This document shows positions 45,633 to 54,955 of a DNA stretch of 64,000 nt, one piece after another. This stretch comes from an uncultured Actinomycetes bacterium (lineage in GTDB: Bacteria > Actinomycetota > Thermoleophilia > Gaiellales > Gaiellaceae), in contig OY970337.1 of the NCBI GenBank assembly GCA_963717475.1, forward strand, positions 2,629,653 through 2,693,652, given 5' to 3'. The position numbers and the translations under genes were made by a program. The notes beneath the pieces are model-generated. The model was not told where the DNA came from, ran no database searches, and saw only the letters and a program-made list of their open reading frames with translations. Numbering within the stretch: the first letter of the stretch is position 1; each line of letters begins with the position of its first letter.

Positions 45633-46472
45633 TTGACGCGGATAGGCGCGGCGCGCCATCGTTTCCGCGTGGACCCGGCTTCGGTCGACGCAGTTGCCGC
45701 AAGAGCGCGGACGGAGAACTTCCCCGTCGCGTCGCTTCTCTTCCCGCGGGCGGTTCGCCCGCACCTGCGGGCGATCTACGGCTTTGCGCGTCTCGTCGAC
45801 ATCCTCGGTGACGAGTACGAAGGCAACCGGCCGGAGATCCTCGACGAGCTCGAGCGCGAGGTCGACGCTTGCTACGAGGGCGAGCCGACCTGGGCGGTGA
45901 TGCGCGTCCTGCAGCCGACGATCCGTGCCTGCTCGCTCCCGCGCGAGCCGTTTCTCCGCTTGATCGAGGCGAACCGGATGGACCAGCGGATCTCGCAGTA
46001 CGCGACCTGGGCCGACCTCAAGCACTACTGCGTCCACTCGGCCGATCCGGTCGGCCGGCTCGTGCTCGGCGTCCTCGGTCGCGCGGACGATCCCGAGCTG
46101 GTCGCGCTCTCGGACGACGTCTGCACCGGCTTGCAGCTGGTCAACTTCCTGCAGGACGTCCCGCGCGACCTCGCGCTCGGGCGGGTCTACCTGCCGGCCG
46201 AGGAGCGGGCGTGCTTCGGCGTGACGAAGCTCGACGAGCCGAGCCCGCAGCTCGAGGTGCTGTTGCGCCACGAGGCCGACCGGGCGAGGACGCTGCTCGG
46301 CTCGGGCGAGGAGCTCGGGCGCCGCCTCGGCGGCCGCGTGGGTCGCGCCGTCGCGCTCTTCGGCCGCGGCGGGCTGGCTGCGCTGGAGGCGCTCGAGCGC
46401 GCGGACTGGGACATCTTCAACGGCCGGCCGCGCCCCTCGCGCGCGCGACTCGTCATGGCGGCCATCAGATGA
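45633..46472 (+). CDS. hpnC: Squalene synthase HpnC (hydroxysqualene synthase)
   Basis: 279 aa. ..ENFPVASLLFPRAVRPHLRAIYGFARLVDILGDE..YCVHSADPVGRLVL..GLQLVNFLQDVPRDLALGRVYLP. Start uncertain (TTG 45633 or GTG 45669). Confidence 0.8.
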   Translation: MTRIGAARHRFRVDPASVDAVAARARTENFPVASLLFPRAVRPHLRAIYGFARLVDILGDEYEGNRPEILDELEREVDACYEGEPTWAVMRVLQPTIRACSLPREPFLRLIEANRMDQRISQYATWADLKHYCVHSADPVGRLVLGVLGRADDPELVALSDDVCTGLQLVNFLQDVPRDLALGRVYLPAEERACFGVTKLDEPSPQLEVLLRHEADRARTLLGSGEELGRRLGGRVGRAVALFGRGGLAALEALERADWDIFNGRPRPSRARLVMAAIR

Positions 46473-46518
46473 ATGAGCGTAGGCTCGACGGAGCTCATCA
46501 AAGAGCGGAGGCGCCGGC

Positions 46519-47349
46519 TTGGCCGGCGCCGGGAGCGGGATGAACGTGTACGCGGAGGTCGAGCGGATCACCAGGCGGGAGGCGCGGAACTTCGCGTACG
46601 GGATCATGGTCCTGCCGAAGCCGAAGCGGCAGGCGATCGCGGCCATCTACGCGTTCGCCCGGCGCGTGGACGACATCGCCGACGGCGAGCTCCCGGTCGC
46701 CGAGAAGCGGGTGCAACTCGAGCAGCTCCATGCAGCGCTCGACCAACGGGGGTCAGACCCCGTTCTGACCGCTCTCGCAGACGCACGCGGTCGCTATCCG
46801 ATTCCGGCCGAGGCGCTGCACGCGCTCGTCGACGGCGGCCTGCAGGACACCGAAAAGTCGCGCTACGACGACTTCGAGCAGCTGCACGGGTACTGCCGCA
46901 AGGTCGCCGGCGCGGTCGGCGTCGCGTGCGTCGGCGTCTACGGCTCGGACGACCGCGAGCACGCGGAGACGCTCGGCGTCGCGCTGCAGCTGATCAACAT
47001 CATTCGAGACGTGCGCGAGGACTGGGAGCTCGGCCGCGTCTACCTCCCGCAGGACGAGCTGGCCGCGTACGGCGTGAGCGAGGAGCTGATCGCGGCCGGG
47101 CGCGTCACCGCGGAGTGGCAGGCGCTGCTCTCGTTCCAGGCCACGCGGGCCCGCGCCTATCTGACGGAAGGTCTCGAGCTGCTGCCGAGGCTCGACGGCC
47201 GGAGCGCCGCCTGCGTCGGCACCTTCGCGGGCCTCTACCGTGCGACACTGGACCGCATCGAGGATCGTGGATTCGACGTGTTCGACGGCTCGCTCCGACT
47301 CTCCCCGCTGACGAAGCTGCGCACCGTGGGCGCGGCGCTGCTGCGATGA
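46519..47349 (+). CDS. hpnD: Presqualene diphosphate synthase HpnD
   Basis: ..RNFAYGIMVLPKPKRQAIAAIYAFARRVDDIADGE..YCRKVAGAVG..ALQLINIIRDVREDWELGRVYLP. Start is probably ATG 46540. Confidence 0.8.
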   Translation: MAGAGSGMNVYAEVERITRREARNFAYGIMVLPKPKRQAIAAIYAFARRVDDIADGELPVAEKRVQLEQLHAALDQRGSDPVLTALADARGRYPIPAEALHALVDGGLQDTEKSRYDDFEQLHGYCRKVAGAVGVACVGVYGSDDREHAETLGVALQLINIIRDVREDWELGRVYLPQDELAAYGVSEELIAAGRVTAEWQALLSFQATRARAYLTEGLELLPRLDGRSAACVGTFAGLYRATLDRIEDRGFDVFDGSLRLSPLTKLRTVGAALLR

Positions 47350-48566
47350 AGGTCGCCGTCGTCGGCGGGGGGCTCGCAGGCCTGACGGCGGCGCTCGACC
47401 TCGTGGACTGGGGCTTCGAGGTCGCGCTGTACGAGGCGCGCCCGACGCTCGGCGGGGCCGTCCAGACGCTGCCGCGCCGCGAGGGCGATCCCGAGCCGCC
47501 GCCCGACAACGGCCAGCACATCGCGCTCGGCTGCTTCACGGAGTACCTCCGCTTCCTCGACCGCATCGGCGAGGGCCGCTCGGTGCGGCGGCTTCGGCTC
47601 GCCTTGCCGGTGATCGACGAGCGGGGCCGTCGCGCCGAGATCAGGCGCTCTCCGACGGCGCTCCTCCGGTATCGCCATGTCTCCGTGCGTGAGCGTCTCG
47701 CGATCATGCGCGCCCTCGCTCGCTGGGGCGCAACGCCGCACGCTGAGAGCTTCGGCGACGAGCTGCGCGCCCGCGGCCAGTCCGACCGCGCCATCGAGCG
47801 CTTCTGGGACGTGTTCATCCGCCCGGCGCTGAACCTGCGCGCCGAAGAGGCGAGCGCGGAAGCCGGCCTCTTCACGGTGCGGACGGCGCTCCTCGGCGAG
47901 CCGGAGGACGCGGACGTCGTGCTGCCGACGAGGCCGCTCGGGGAGATGCACGGCGAGGCAGCGGGTCGCGCCCTCGCGGCGGCCGGCGCCTCGCTCGAGA
48001 CCGGCGTGCGTGTGGACGACCTCGACGCGCTCGAGGCCGACGCGGTCGTGGTCGCCGTGCCTCCCGAGGAGTCAGCGCGCCTTCTCGACGAGCCGGCGCC
48101 GGAGCTCGAGCACTCGCCGATCGTGAGCGTTCACCTCCTCTTCGACCGGCAGCTCCTGCAGACGCCGCTCGCGGCACTCCTCGGGAGCCCGGCGCACTGG
48201 GTCTTCAACCGGGGGCTCCTGACCGGGACGGATCCCCGCTACCTGACCGTCGTCTCCTCGGGCGCGCCCGAGCTGGAAGCCCTGCGCGGCCGCGAGCTCG
48301 TCGACCTGATCGCCGGCGCCGTCACCGAGCGGCTCGGCGAGGCGGAGCTGCTCTGGTCGCGGGTCAGCCGCGAGCCGCACGCCACGATCGCGGTCCGGCC
48401 CGGCAGCGAAGCGCAGCGCCTGGGTCCGGAGACCGGCCGGCCGAACGTCGTCCGCGCCGGCGCCTGGACCGCCACCGGCTGGCCGCCGACGATGGAGGGC
48501 GCCGTCCGCAGCGGCCACGTGGCCGCACGCGCTCTGGTCCGCGCACGCGAGGAAGTGGTCGCGTGA
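47346..48566 (+). CDS. hpnE: Hydroxysqualene dehydroxylase HpnE (FAD-dependent amine-oxidase fold)
   Basis: ATG 47346 (ATGA overlap with hpnD). MKVAVVGGGLAGLTAALDL..ALYEARPTLGG dinucleotide-binding motif. C-terminal ..AGAWTATGWPPTMEGAVRSG. Confidence 0.8.
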   Translation: MKVAVVGGGLAGLTAALDLVDWGFEVALYEARPTLGGAVQTLPRREGDPEPPPDNGQHIALGCFTEYLRFLDRIGEGRSVRRLRLALPVIDERGRRAEIRRSPTALLRYRHVSVRERLAIMRALARWGATPHAESFGDELRARGQSDRAIERFWDVFIRPALNLRAEEASAEAGLFTVRTALLGEPEDADVVLPTRPLGEMHGEAAGRALAAAGASLETGVRVDDLDALEADAVVVAVPPEESARLLDEPAPELEHSPIVSVHLLFDRQLLQTPLAALLGSPAHWVFNRGLLTGTDPRYLTVVSSGAPELEALRGRELVDLIAGAVTERLGEAELLWSRVSREPHATIAVRPGSEAQRLGPETGRPNVVRAGAWTATGWPPTMEGAVRSGHVAARALVRAREEVVA

Positions 48567-50351
48567 CCGTCGCGCCCGAGCGGATCGAGACGCGGCTCGA
48601 CGAGGCGATCGAGCGCGCGACCGGCCGCCTGCTCGAGCTCCAGCACCCGGGCGGTTGGTGGGTCGGCGAGCTCGAGTCGAACGCGACGATGATCGCGCAG
48701 CACCTCTTCTGGCACCACGTCCTCGGCCTGCGCACGCCCGACCTCGACCGGAAGATCGCGAACGAGCTGCTGGCGCGGCAGCGCGACGACGGCACCTGGT
48801 CGATCTGGTTCGAGGGGCCCGCCGATCTCTCGACCTCGGTCGAGGCCTACGCCGCGCTCGAAGCTCGCCGGCGTCGACCCGGGCGACAAGGCACGCGACT
48901 ACATCCGCAGCGAGGGCGGGATCCCGAAGACGCGCATCTTCACGAAGTGCTTCCTCGCGCTCCTCGGCCAGTGGCCCTGGCAGCGAATCGTCCCGATCCC
49001 CGTCGAGCTCGCGCTGCTCCCGCCGAGCGCGCCGCTCTCGATCTACAACTTCTCGTGCTGGGCCCGCGGCACCTTCGTCCCGCTCTCGGTCTGCCGGGCT
49101 CTCCAGCCCGTGCGCGGCGCCGAACTCGACCTGCGCGAGATCGGCTCGCGGCCGGCGCGAAGCCGGACGCCGCACGTCTCGCGGATGAGGCGGAGCGCGA
49201 TCAGGGAAGCCGAACGCTGGGTCCGGGAGCACCAGGAGGCCGACGGCTCGTGGGGCGGGATTCAGCCGCCGTGGGTCTGGTCGATCCTGATGCTCGTCGC
49301 CCTTGGCCACGGCTTCGAGGACGAGACCCTGCGCAAGGCGGTCGAGGGCTGGGAGGGCTTCACGATCGACGAGGGCGACCGGCTGCGCCCGGAGGCCTGC
49401 CAGTCGCCGGTCTGGGACACGGGCCTCGCCGTCCTCGCGCTCCGCGACTCGGGCCTCGGCCCGGAGCACCCGGCGCTCGTTCGCGCCGCCGACTGGCTGC
49501 TCGCCGAGGAGGTCACGGCCAAGGGCGACTGGGCCGTGCGCAAGCCCGACCTCGCGCCCGGCGGCTGGGCCTTCGAATTCGAGAACGACCTCTACCCGGA
49601 CGTCGACGACACCGCCGTCGTCGCGCTCGCGCTCAGACGCTGCCACCGCGGCCACGAGGCCGTCGAGCGCGGGCTCGCCTGGGCGGCCGGGATGCAGTCG
49701 AGAAGCGGCGGCTGGGGCGCCTTCGACGCCGACAACGAGGCGTTCTGGCTCTACAGGCTCCCGTTCTGCGACTTCGGCAAGGTCACCGACGAGCCGAGCG
49801 CCGACGTGACCGCGCACGCGATCGAGGCGCTGGCTCCCGAGGGCGGCTACGAGGACGAGCTGCGCCGCGGCCTCGACTGGCTTCTGGCGGAGCAGGAGGA
49901 CGACGGTTCCTGGTTCGGCCGCTGGGGGGTCAACCACGTCTACGGCACGGCCGCCGCGCTTCCCGCGCTCGAGGCATGCGGAATCGAGGCAGGCCATCCG
50001 GCGTTCAGGCGGGCAGTGGCCTGGCTCGACTCGGTGCAGAACCCGGACGGAGGCTTCGGCGAGGACATTCGCTCCTACGCCGACCCGTCGTGGCGCGGCC
50101 GCGGGGTCAGCACGCCTTCCCAAACAGCCTGGGCGCTATTAGCCTACGTCGCCGCAGACGAGGCGGACAGCCCCGCAGCCAGGCGCGCCGCCGAGTGGAT
50201 CTGCAACGCGCAACAATCGAATGGTGACTGGGACGAGAATCACTACACCGGAACAGGCTTTCCGCTTGACTTCATGATCCGCTATCACCTCTACCGGCTC
50301 CACTTCCCATTGCTCGCCCTAGGCCGTCTACGAGAAAGGCTCGCCAGATGA
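48563..50351 (+). pseudogene. shc: Squalene-hopene cyclase, reading frame broken by an apparent +1 insertion near 48860
   Basis: The 48563 frame reads ..LELQHPGGWWVGELESNATMIAQHLF..QRDDGTWSIWFEGPADLSTSVEAYAAL, then garbage. The next frame continues (K)LAGVDPGDKARDYIRSEGGIPKTRIFTKCFLALLGQWPW..SCWARGTFVPLSV..EADGSWGGIQPPWVW..DVDDTAVV..QSRSGGWGAFD..EQEDDGSWFGRWGVNHVYGT.. These are QW repeats and the DxDD motif. Junction: gcg ctc G aag ctc gcc. Confidence 0.85.
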
Positions 50352-51352
50352 AATTCCCCCTTGCTTCGACCGTCCAGATCGCCGGGTATGTCGCGAAGAA
50401 CCAGCGCAGCGGCAAGCGGTATCCGCTCGTCCTGATGCTCGAGCCGACGCTCGCCTGCAACATCGCTTGCATCGGCTGCGGGAAGATCCGGGAGTACGAG
50501 TCGAACAAGGCGCGGCTGTCGGTCGAGGAGTGCATCGACGCGGGCGTCCAGTGCCCGGCGCCGGTCGTCTCGATCTGCGGCGGCGAGCCGCTCGTCTTCA
50601 AGGGGATCGAGGACGTCGTCGCCGGCTTCATGGAGCTGAACAAGAACATCGAGCTCTGCACGAACGCGCTCCGGCTCGAGCAGTACCTCGACGTATTCGA
50701 GCCGAACAAGCGCCTGACCTTCGTCGTCCACCTCGACGGCATGCGCGAGATCCACGACTACATCTGCGACTACCCGGGTCTCTGGGATATCGCGGTCGGC
50801 GCCATCGTGAAGGCGCGCTCGAAGGGCTTCCGGGTCACGACCAACACCACGATCTTCAAGGAGACCGAGGTCGAGGACGTGATCGCGATGATGCACTACC
50901 TCACGCACGAGATCGGGATCGACGGGATGCTCGTCGCGCCGGGGTACCAGTACTCGCAGATCGACCCGAACCTGACGATGACGCGCGAGGAGCACGAGGA
51001 GAAGTTCCGCGCGATCCGCGCCGCGGCGCGCAAGAACAACTACCGCTGGCTCGCGAGCCCGATCTACCAGGACTTCCTCGCGGGCGACCGCAAGCTGCCG
51101 TGCGCGCCCTGGGGGTCGATCACCCGCAACCCCTACGGCTGGAAGGGCCCGTGCTACCTCTTGACCGACGGGATCTTCCCGACCTACGAGGCACTGCTGG
51201 ACGGGATCGAGTGGGACGACTACGGGCCCGGCAACGACGATCGCTGCGAGCACTGCGCGATCCACTCCGGCTTCGAGCCCTCCGCCGCGTTCGAGGCGAC
51301 GAAGAGCCTGCGCGACACCGTTCGCAGCACCGCATGGACGCTGACCGGTTGA
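50348..51352 (+). CDS. hpnH: Adenosyl-hopene transferase HpnH (radical SAM)
   Basis: 334 aa. EPTLACNIACIGCGK is the CxxxCxxC cluster. The sequence is highly conserved HpnH-like throughout (..ICGGEPLV..TNTTIFKETE..). Confidence 0.85.
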   Translation: MKFPLASTVQIAGYVAKNQRSGKRYPLVLMLEPTLACNIACIGCGKIREYESNKARLSVEECIDAGVQCPAPVVSICGGEPLVFKGIEDVVAGFMELNKNIELCTNALRLEQYLDVFEPNKRLTFVVHLDGMREIHDYICDYPGLWDIAVGAIVKARSKGFRVTTNTTIFKETEVEDVIAMMHYLTHEIGIDGMLVAPGYQYSQIDPNLTMTREEHEEKFRAIRAAARKNNYRWLASPIYQDFLAGDRKLPCAPWGSITRNPYGWKGPCYLLTDGIFPTYEALLDGIEWDDYGPGNDDRCEHCAIHSGFEPSAAFEATKSLRDTVRSTAWTLTG

Positions 51353-51909
51353 CCCTCGCCTGCGCCACCACGGCCGAGCTGCGCGCGGCGCGCCGCGCCG
51401 GCCGGCAGTCGGCGCTCGTCGGGCTCGGCGCCGCGAACGGCGTGCCCGACGGGCCTCTGGTGTCGTTCGGGCTGGCGGGCTCGTTGCGCGACGACCTGCC
51501 GGTGGGGACCGTGCTCGACGCGACCCGCGTGGTCGCCGCGGACGGGGCGGTGCTCTGGGAAGGAGAGGGACTTCGCGTCCCAGGCGGGAGGCCGGCGACC
51601 ATCCTCGCGGCCGAGCGGATAGTCGACTCCGCCGAGGAGCGTCGCCTGGCGCGCGAGGCGAGCGGCGCGGACGCCGCCGACCTCGAGAGCGGCCCGCTTG
51701 CCGGCACCGGCCGGCTGCAAGGAGTGCTGCGCGTGGTGAGCGACACGCCTGAGCGCCCGCTCGGCCCTCTGGCCGGCGCCGTCAGGCCCGACGGCCGCAA
51801 CGACTGGCTCGGCGTCGCACGCGGAGTGGTGCGGTCGCCGCGGGCGGCGGTGAACGCGGCCCGGGCGGTCGGCAAACTCGGGGCCGCGGCGAAGGGATGG
51901 TCTGCGTGA
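51334..51909 (+). CDS. hpnG: Hopanoid-associated phosphorylase HpnG (PNP/UDP phosphorylase family)
   Basis: ATG 51334. ..LVSFGLAGSLRDDLPVGTVL..ADLESGPLA..LRVVSDTPE. Position between hpnH and ispH. Confidence 0.65.
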   Translation: MDADRLTLACATTAELRAARRAGRQSALVGLGAANGVPDGPLVSFGLAGSLRDDLPVGTVLDATRVVAADGAVLWEGEGLRVPGGRPATILAAERIVDSAEERRLAREASGADAADLESGPLAGTGRLQGVLRVVSDTPERPLGPLAGAVRPDGRNDWLGVARGVVRSPRAAVNAARAVGKLGAAAKGWSA

Positions 51910-52838
51910 AGAGGGTCCTGCTTGCCGCTCCGCGATCGTTCTGCGCCGGGGTCGATCGCGCGATCGAGATCGTCGAGCGCCTGCTCGAACAGCACGGCCC
52001 GCCGGTTTACGTACGCCACCAGATCGTGCACAACGACCACGTGGTCAAGCGGCTCGAGCGGCTCGGTGCGGTCTTCGTCGACCACGAGGACGAGATCCCG
52101 GCCGGTGCGATCTGCGTGCTCTCGGCGCACGGCGTCGCGCCGTCGGTGAAGGAGAACTGCGAGCAGCGCGGGCTCGTCGTGGTGGACGCGGTCTGTCCGC
52201 TGGTCTCGAAGGTGCATGCCGAGGCCCGCCGCTACGCCGACAGCGGCCATCTGGTCGCGTTGGTCGGGCACGCCGACCACGTCGAGGTGATCGGAACGCG
52301 CGGCGAGCGGCCCGAGCAGACGGTCGTGATCGAGTCGCCCGAGGACGCGCGCGAGCTCGAGACGAACGGCAAGCCCGTCGCGGTGATCACGCAGACGACG
52401 CTCTCTCTCGACGACGTGGCCGAGACCGTTGACGCGCTCGGCGAGCGCTTCGGCGATCTGCGCCGGCCGGCCGCGGACGACATCTGCTACGCGACCCAGA
52501 ACCGGCAGGATGCGGTCAAGGCCATGGCCGCCGAGGGCGCGACGCTGATCCTCGTGATCGGCTCGGAGACGAGCTCGAACGCCCGCCGGCTGGTCGAGGT
52601 CGCGCAGCGGGGCTCGGCGGAGGCACTCCTGATCGACGGCGAGAGCGGCCTGGATCCGGACCTGCTCCAGGGTCATGAGGTGGTCGGGCTGACCGCGGGC
52701 GCGTCGACCCCGGAGGAGCTCGTCGCGCTCGTCCTGCGCAGCCTGGCCTCGCTGGGCTACGAGGAGCTGGTGGAGCTCGAGGTCGCCCGCGAGGACGTCC
52801 ACTTCCGGCTGCCGCGGGAGGTGGCCGCGAAGGCATGA
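51897..52838 (+). CDS. ispH: 4-hydroxy-3-methylbut-2-enyl diphosphate reductase
   Basis: 313 aa. ..LLAAPRSFCAGVDRAIEIVE..HQIVHN..SAHGV..VDAVCPLVSKVH..GHADHVEVIG..ICYATQNRQDAV..GSETSSNARRL. Confidence 0.9.
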   Translation: MVCVKRVLLAAPRSFCAGVDRAIEIVERLLEQHGPPVYVRHQIVHNDHVVKRLERLGAVFVDHEDEIPAGAICVLSAHGVAPSVKENCEQRGLVVVDAVCPLVSKVHAEARRYADSGHLVALVGHADHVEVIGTRGERPEQTVVIESPEDARELETNGKPVAVITQTTLSLDDVAETVDALGERFGDLRRPAADDICYATQNRQDAVKAMAAEGATLILVIGSETSSNARRLVEVAQRGSAEALLIDGESGLDPDLLQGHEVVGLTAGASTPEELVALVLRSLASLGYEELVELEVAREDVHFRLPREVAAKA

Positions 52839-53221
52839 CCTCCGTCGAGATCCCGTACTCGATCGCTTCGGCGCTGCCGTCGCTGACGGTGCTCGACATC
52901 ACGAACGAGGTCCGCCGCGAGCTGCGCGCGTCCGGCTGCGGGGACGGGATCGCCTACGTGTCGCCGCTGGACGAGATCGGCCTCGTCCGCGTGCAGGAGC
53001 GCGAGAGCGGGTTCTTCTGCGACCTCGAGGAGCTGCTGATGCGCCTCGTCCCCGAGGACGAGCGCGAGCGAGAGCGGCTCCTGTGCATGCTGCTCGGCCC
53101 GCGGACGGAGCAGATCCCCTTCGCCGCCGGCGACCTCTGCCTGGGCAGCTGGCAGCGCATTCTGCTGTTCGGCTTCGACCGCCCCACCGAGCCTCGCTGG
53201 GAGCTCACGCTTCTCGGGTAA
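52835..53221 (+). CDS. YjbQ/UPF0047 family (secondary thiamine-phosphate synthase-like) protein
   Basis: 128 aa. ..VLDITNEVRRELRASGCGDGIAYVS..HLLGP-like LLGPRTEQIPFAAGDLCLGSWQRILLFGFD. Confidence 0.65.
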   Translation: MTSVEIPYSIASALPSLTVLDITNEVRRELRASGCGDGIAYVSPLDEIGLVRVQERESGFFCDLEELLMRLVPEDERERERLLCMLLGPRTEQIPFAAGDLCLGSWQRILLFGFDRPTEPRWELTLLG

Positions 53222-53264
53222 CAACGCACGCGTCCAGAACGGACAGGTCCGCGAAGCGCCAAAA

Positions 53265-53330
53265 CCGGTGTCTGACACCGGGGTTCGTCAATGGGAAGTT
53301 GTGGCCAATGTGTGTCGGTTTGTCCACAAC
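53265..53330. promoter_or_regulatory. AT-richer region with two dyads: 17-nt perfect palindrome CCGGTGTCTGACACCGG (53265..53281) and GTTGTGG-N19-CCACAAC (53298..53330)
   Basis: Read directly from the sequence. The region lies between yjbQ-like and the downstream membrane/CopCD gene string. Function unknown. Confidence 0.3.
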
Positions 53331-53369
53331 CGTTTGAACGGGGCCCCTCTGGTCGGGCACACTGATGCT

Positions 53370-54035
53370 GTGCAGCGCGCGCGTCGGCACAACCGGATCT
53401 TCTCGGCTCTCGCGTTCGGGCTCCTTGCACTCGCGGCGGAGCTCGCCGGCCGCAGCCTGGCGCACCGGATCGACTTCGGACGGCATGTCAGCTCGCCGAG
53501 CTACTCCGGGGCCGACTACTACCCGTTCCTGCTCGGGGCGGTGAAACTCGGGGTTGCGCTACTGGCCGCGCGGGTCGTCTGGCGCTTCGTACGGGCACGA
53601 GCGGCCGCGCGCGCGGGACACCGCGTGCTCACCGCTCTCGGAAAGAGCTCCGGGCCCGCGCCGCGGGTCAAGCTCGAGCTCTCGCCGCGGCTTTGGCTGA
53701 TGGCCTTCACGGTCACGTCGACCTTCGCCCTCGTCCACTTCGAGACCGAGCAGGCCGCCGCAGGCCGCTGGGGGCTCCTCTGGCCCTGGCTGCACACCTC
53801 GGCGCTGCCCGTCTTCGCCGTGCTCTCGGTGCTCGTCGCGCTCGCCTGGAGCGCGGTGTCGCGCTGGCTGAACGAGTACGAGCGCTACGCACGAGACACC
53901 TGCGCGCGGGCCGAGCGCCTGTCCGCAGCCGCTGCTGAGCCGACGCTCGTCCAGCCCCAGGCGCGTCTCGACCTTCCGCCTCGCAAGCTCTTCGGCCTCG
54001 CCTTCGAGAGCCGGCCGCCTCCGCTGCCCGCCTAG
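53370..54035 (+). CDS. Hypothetical 4-TM membrane protein
   Basis: Start provisionally at GTG 53370 (VQRARRHNRIFSALAFGLLALAAELAG..). Helices include ..YYPFLLGAVKLGVALLAARVVW.., ..LWLMAFTVTSTFALVHF.., ..LPVFAVLSVLVALAWSAV.. The ORF-track start at 53268 is probably too far upstream. Confidence 0.45.
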   Translation: MQRARRHNRIFSALAFGLLALAAELAGRSLAHRIDFGRHVSSPSYSGADYYPFLLGAVKLGVALLAARVVWRFVRARAAARAGHRVLTALGKSSGPAPRVKLELSPRLWLMAFTVTSTFALVHFETEQAAAGRWGLLWPWLHTSALPVFAVLSVLVALAWSAVSRWLNEYERYARDTCARAERLSAAAAEPTLVQPQARLDLPPRKLFGLAFESRPPPLPA

Positions 54036-54089
54036 CCCGCGGTCACGCCCAGCGCCCGCGGGCCGTTCGTCGGCACCCACACGCGGGAG

Positions 54090-54371
54090 GTGGAATTGAG
54101 CACGCAACTTGCAACCGAGAGGGCGGCCGTCCGGCGCAGATCGGCTCGCGCCCACGCCGTCTATGTCCTGGGCCCGGCGACGATGCTCGGCGGGGTCCTC
54201 TGGGCGTTCCTGCAGCCCTACCGGGTAACGCTGCTGCACCCGCGTGGCCAGAGCTTCTGGTGGCTCGCGATCGAGCCGCCGCTGCTCGTGGTCCTCGCCG
54301 GGATCGTGTTCGCGTTCCTGGTGGCGCCGGGCGTGATCGAGGATCTAGAAGCTGCCGAGGCCGAGCGCTGA
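54090..54371 (+). CDS. Hypothetical 93-aa 2-TM membrane protein
   Basis: ..HAVYVLGPATMLGGVLWAFLQP.. and ..WWLAIEPPLLVVLAGIVFAFLVAPGV..; ATGA-type junction (TGATG) with the next gene. Confidence 0.45.
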   Translation: MELSTQLATERAAVRRRSARAHAVYVLGPATMLGGVLWAFLQPYRVTLLHPRGQSFWWLAIEPPLLVVLAGIVFAFLVAPGVIEDLEAAEAER

Positions 54372-54955
54372 TGCAGCCGCCCGCCGAGTTCGTCCACTGG
54401 ATGTTCGCGACCGGCGTCCTGCTCGTCGGCCTCTGCCTGCTCGCGCAGGCGATCGTCGGGGACGAGGTCTGGCGCCGGCGGGCGTGGCGGGCGTACCTGT
54501 GGCCGAGCCTCGCGTTCGCGATGGGCGTCCTGATGTGGCCGGTGATGGTCTTCTTCACGAACTCGACCATCCACATGCTCGCCCACGGCTCGTGGGCGCA
54601 GGTGCTGATGCTCGCGGGGGCGGCGGAGCTCGGCCTCGTGCGGGGGAAGCTGCACAGCCCCTACTGGCGCCTGACGATGCCGCTCATGTTCTTCGTCTCG
54701 GGCTCGGCTTTCCTGATCCACGAGCAGAACAGCTGGTTCTTCGCCCGCGCCGCGTTTCTGCACCACCTGATCGGCTGGACACTGGTTATCGGCGCGATCT
54801 TCCCGCTACTCGTGGTCTTCCGGCCGCGTTCGGCGGTCTGGCGGACCGGCTTCGCGCTGACCTTCGTCGTGCTCTCCGTGATGCTCTACAGCGACCGCGA
54901 CACGGCGCCGATCTTCGGCCACCTCTCTCCCGAGGCGGGAGCGCAGCACCGGTGA
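54371..54955 (+). CDS. 6-TM membrane protein with conserved-looking His/Trp motifs, upstream of copCD
   Basis: ATG 54371. MQPPAEFVHWMFATGVLLVG..; His motifs HMLAHGSW, FLIHEQNSW and FLHHLIGW sit at helix ends. GTGA overlap with the CopC/CopD gene. Confidence 0.5.
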   Translation: MQPPAEFVHWMFATGVLLVGLCLLAQAIVGDEVWRRRAWRAYLWPSLAFAMGVLMWPVMVFFTNSTIHMLAHGSWAQVLMLAGAAELGLVRGKLHSPYWRLTMPLMFFVSGSAFLIHEQNSWFFARAAFLHHLIGWTLVIGAIFPLLVVFRPRSAVWRTGFALTFVVLSVMLYSDRDTAPIFGHLSPEAGAQHR

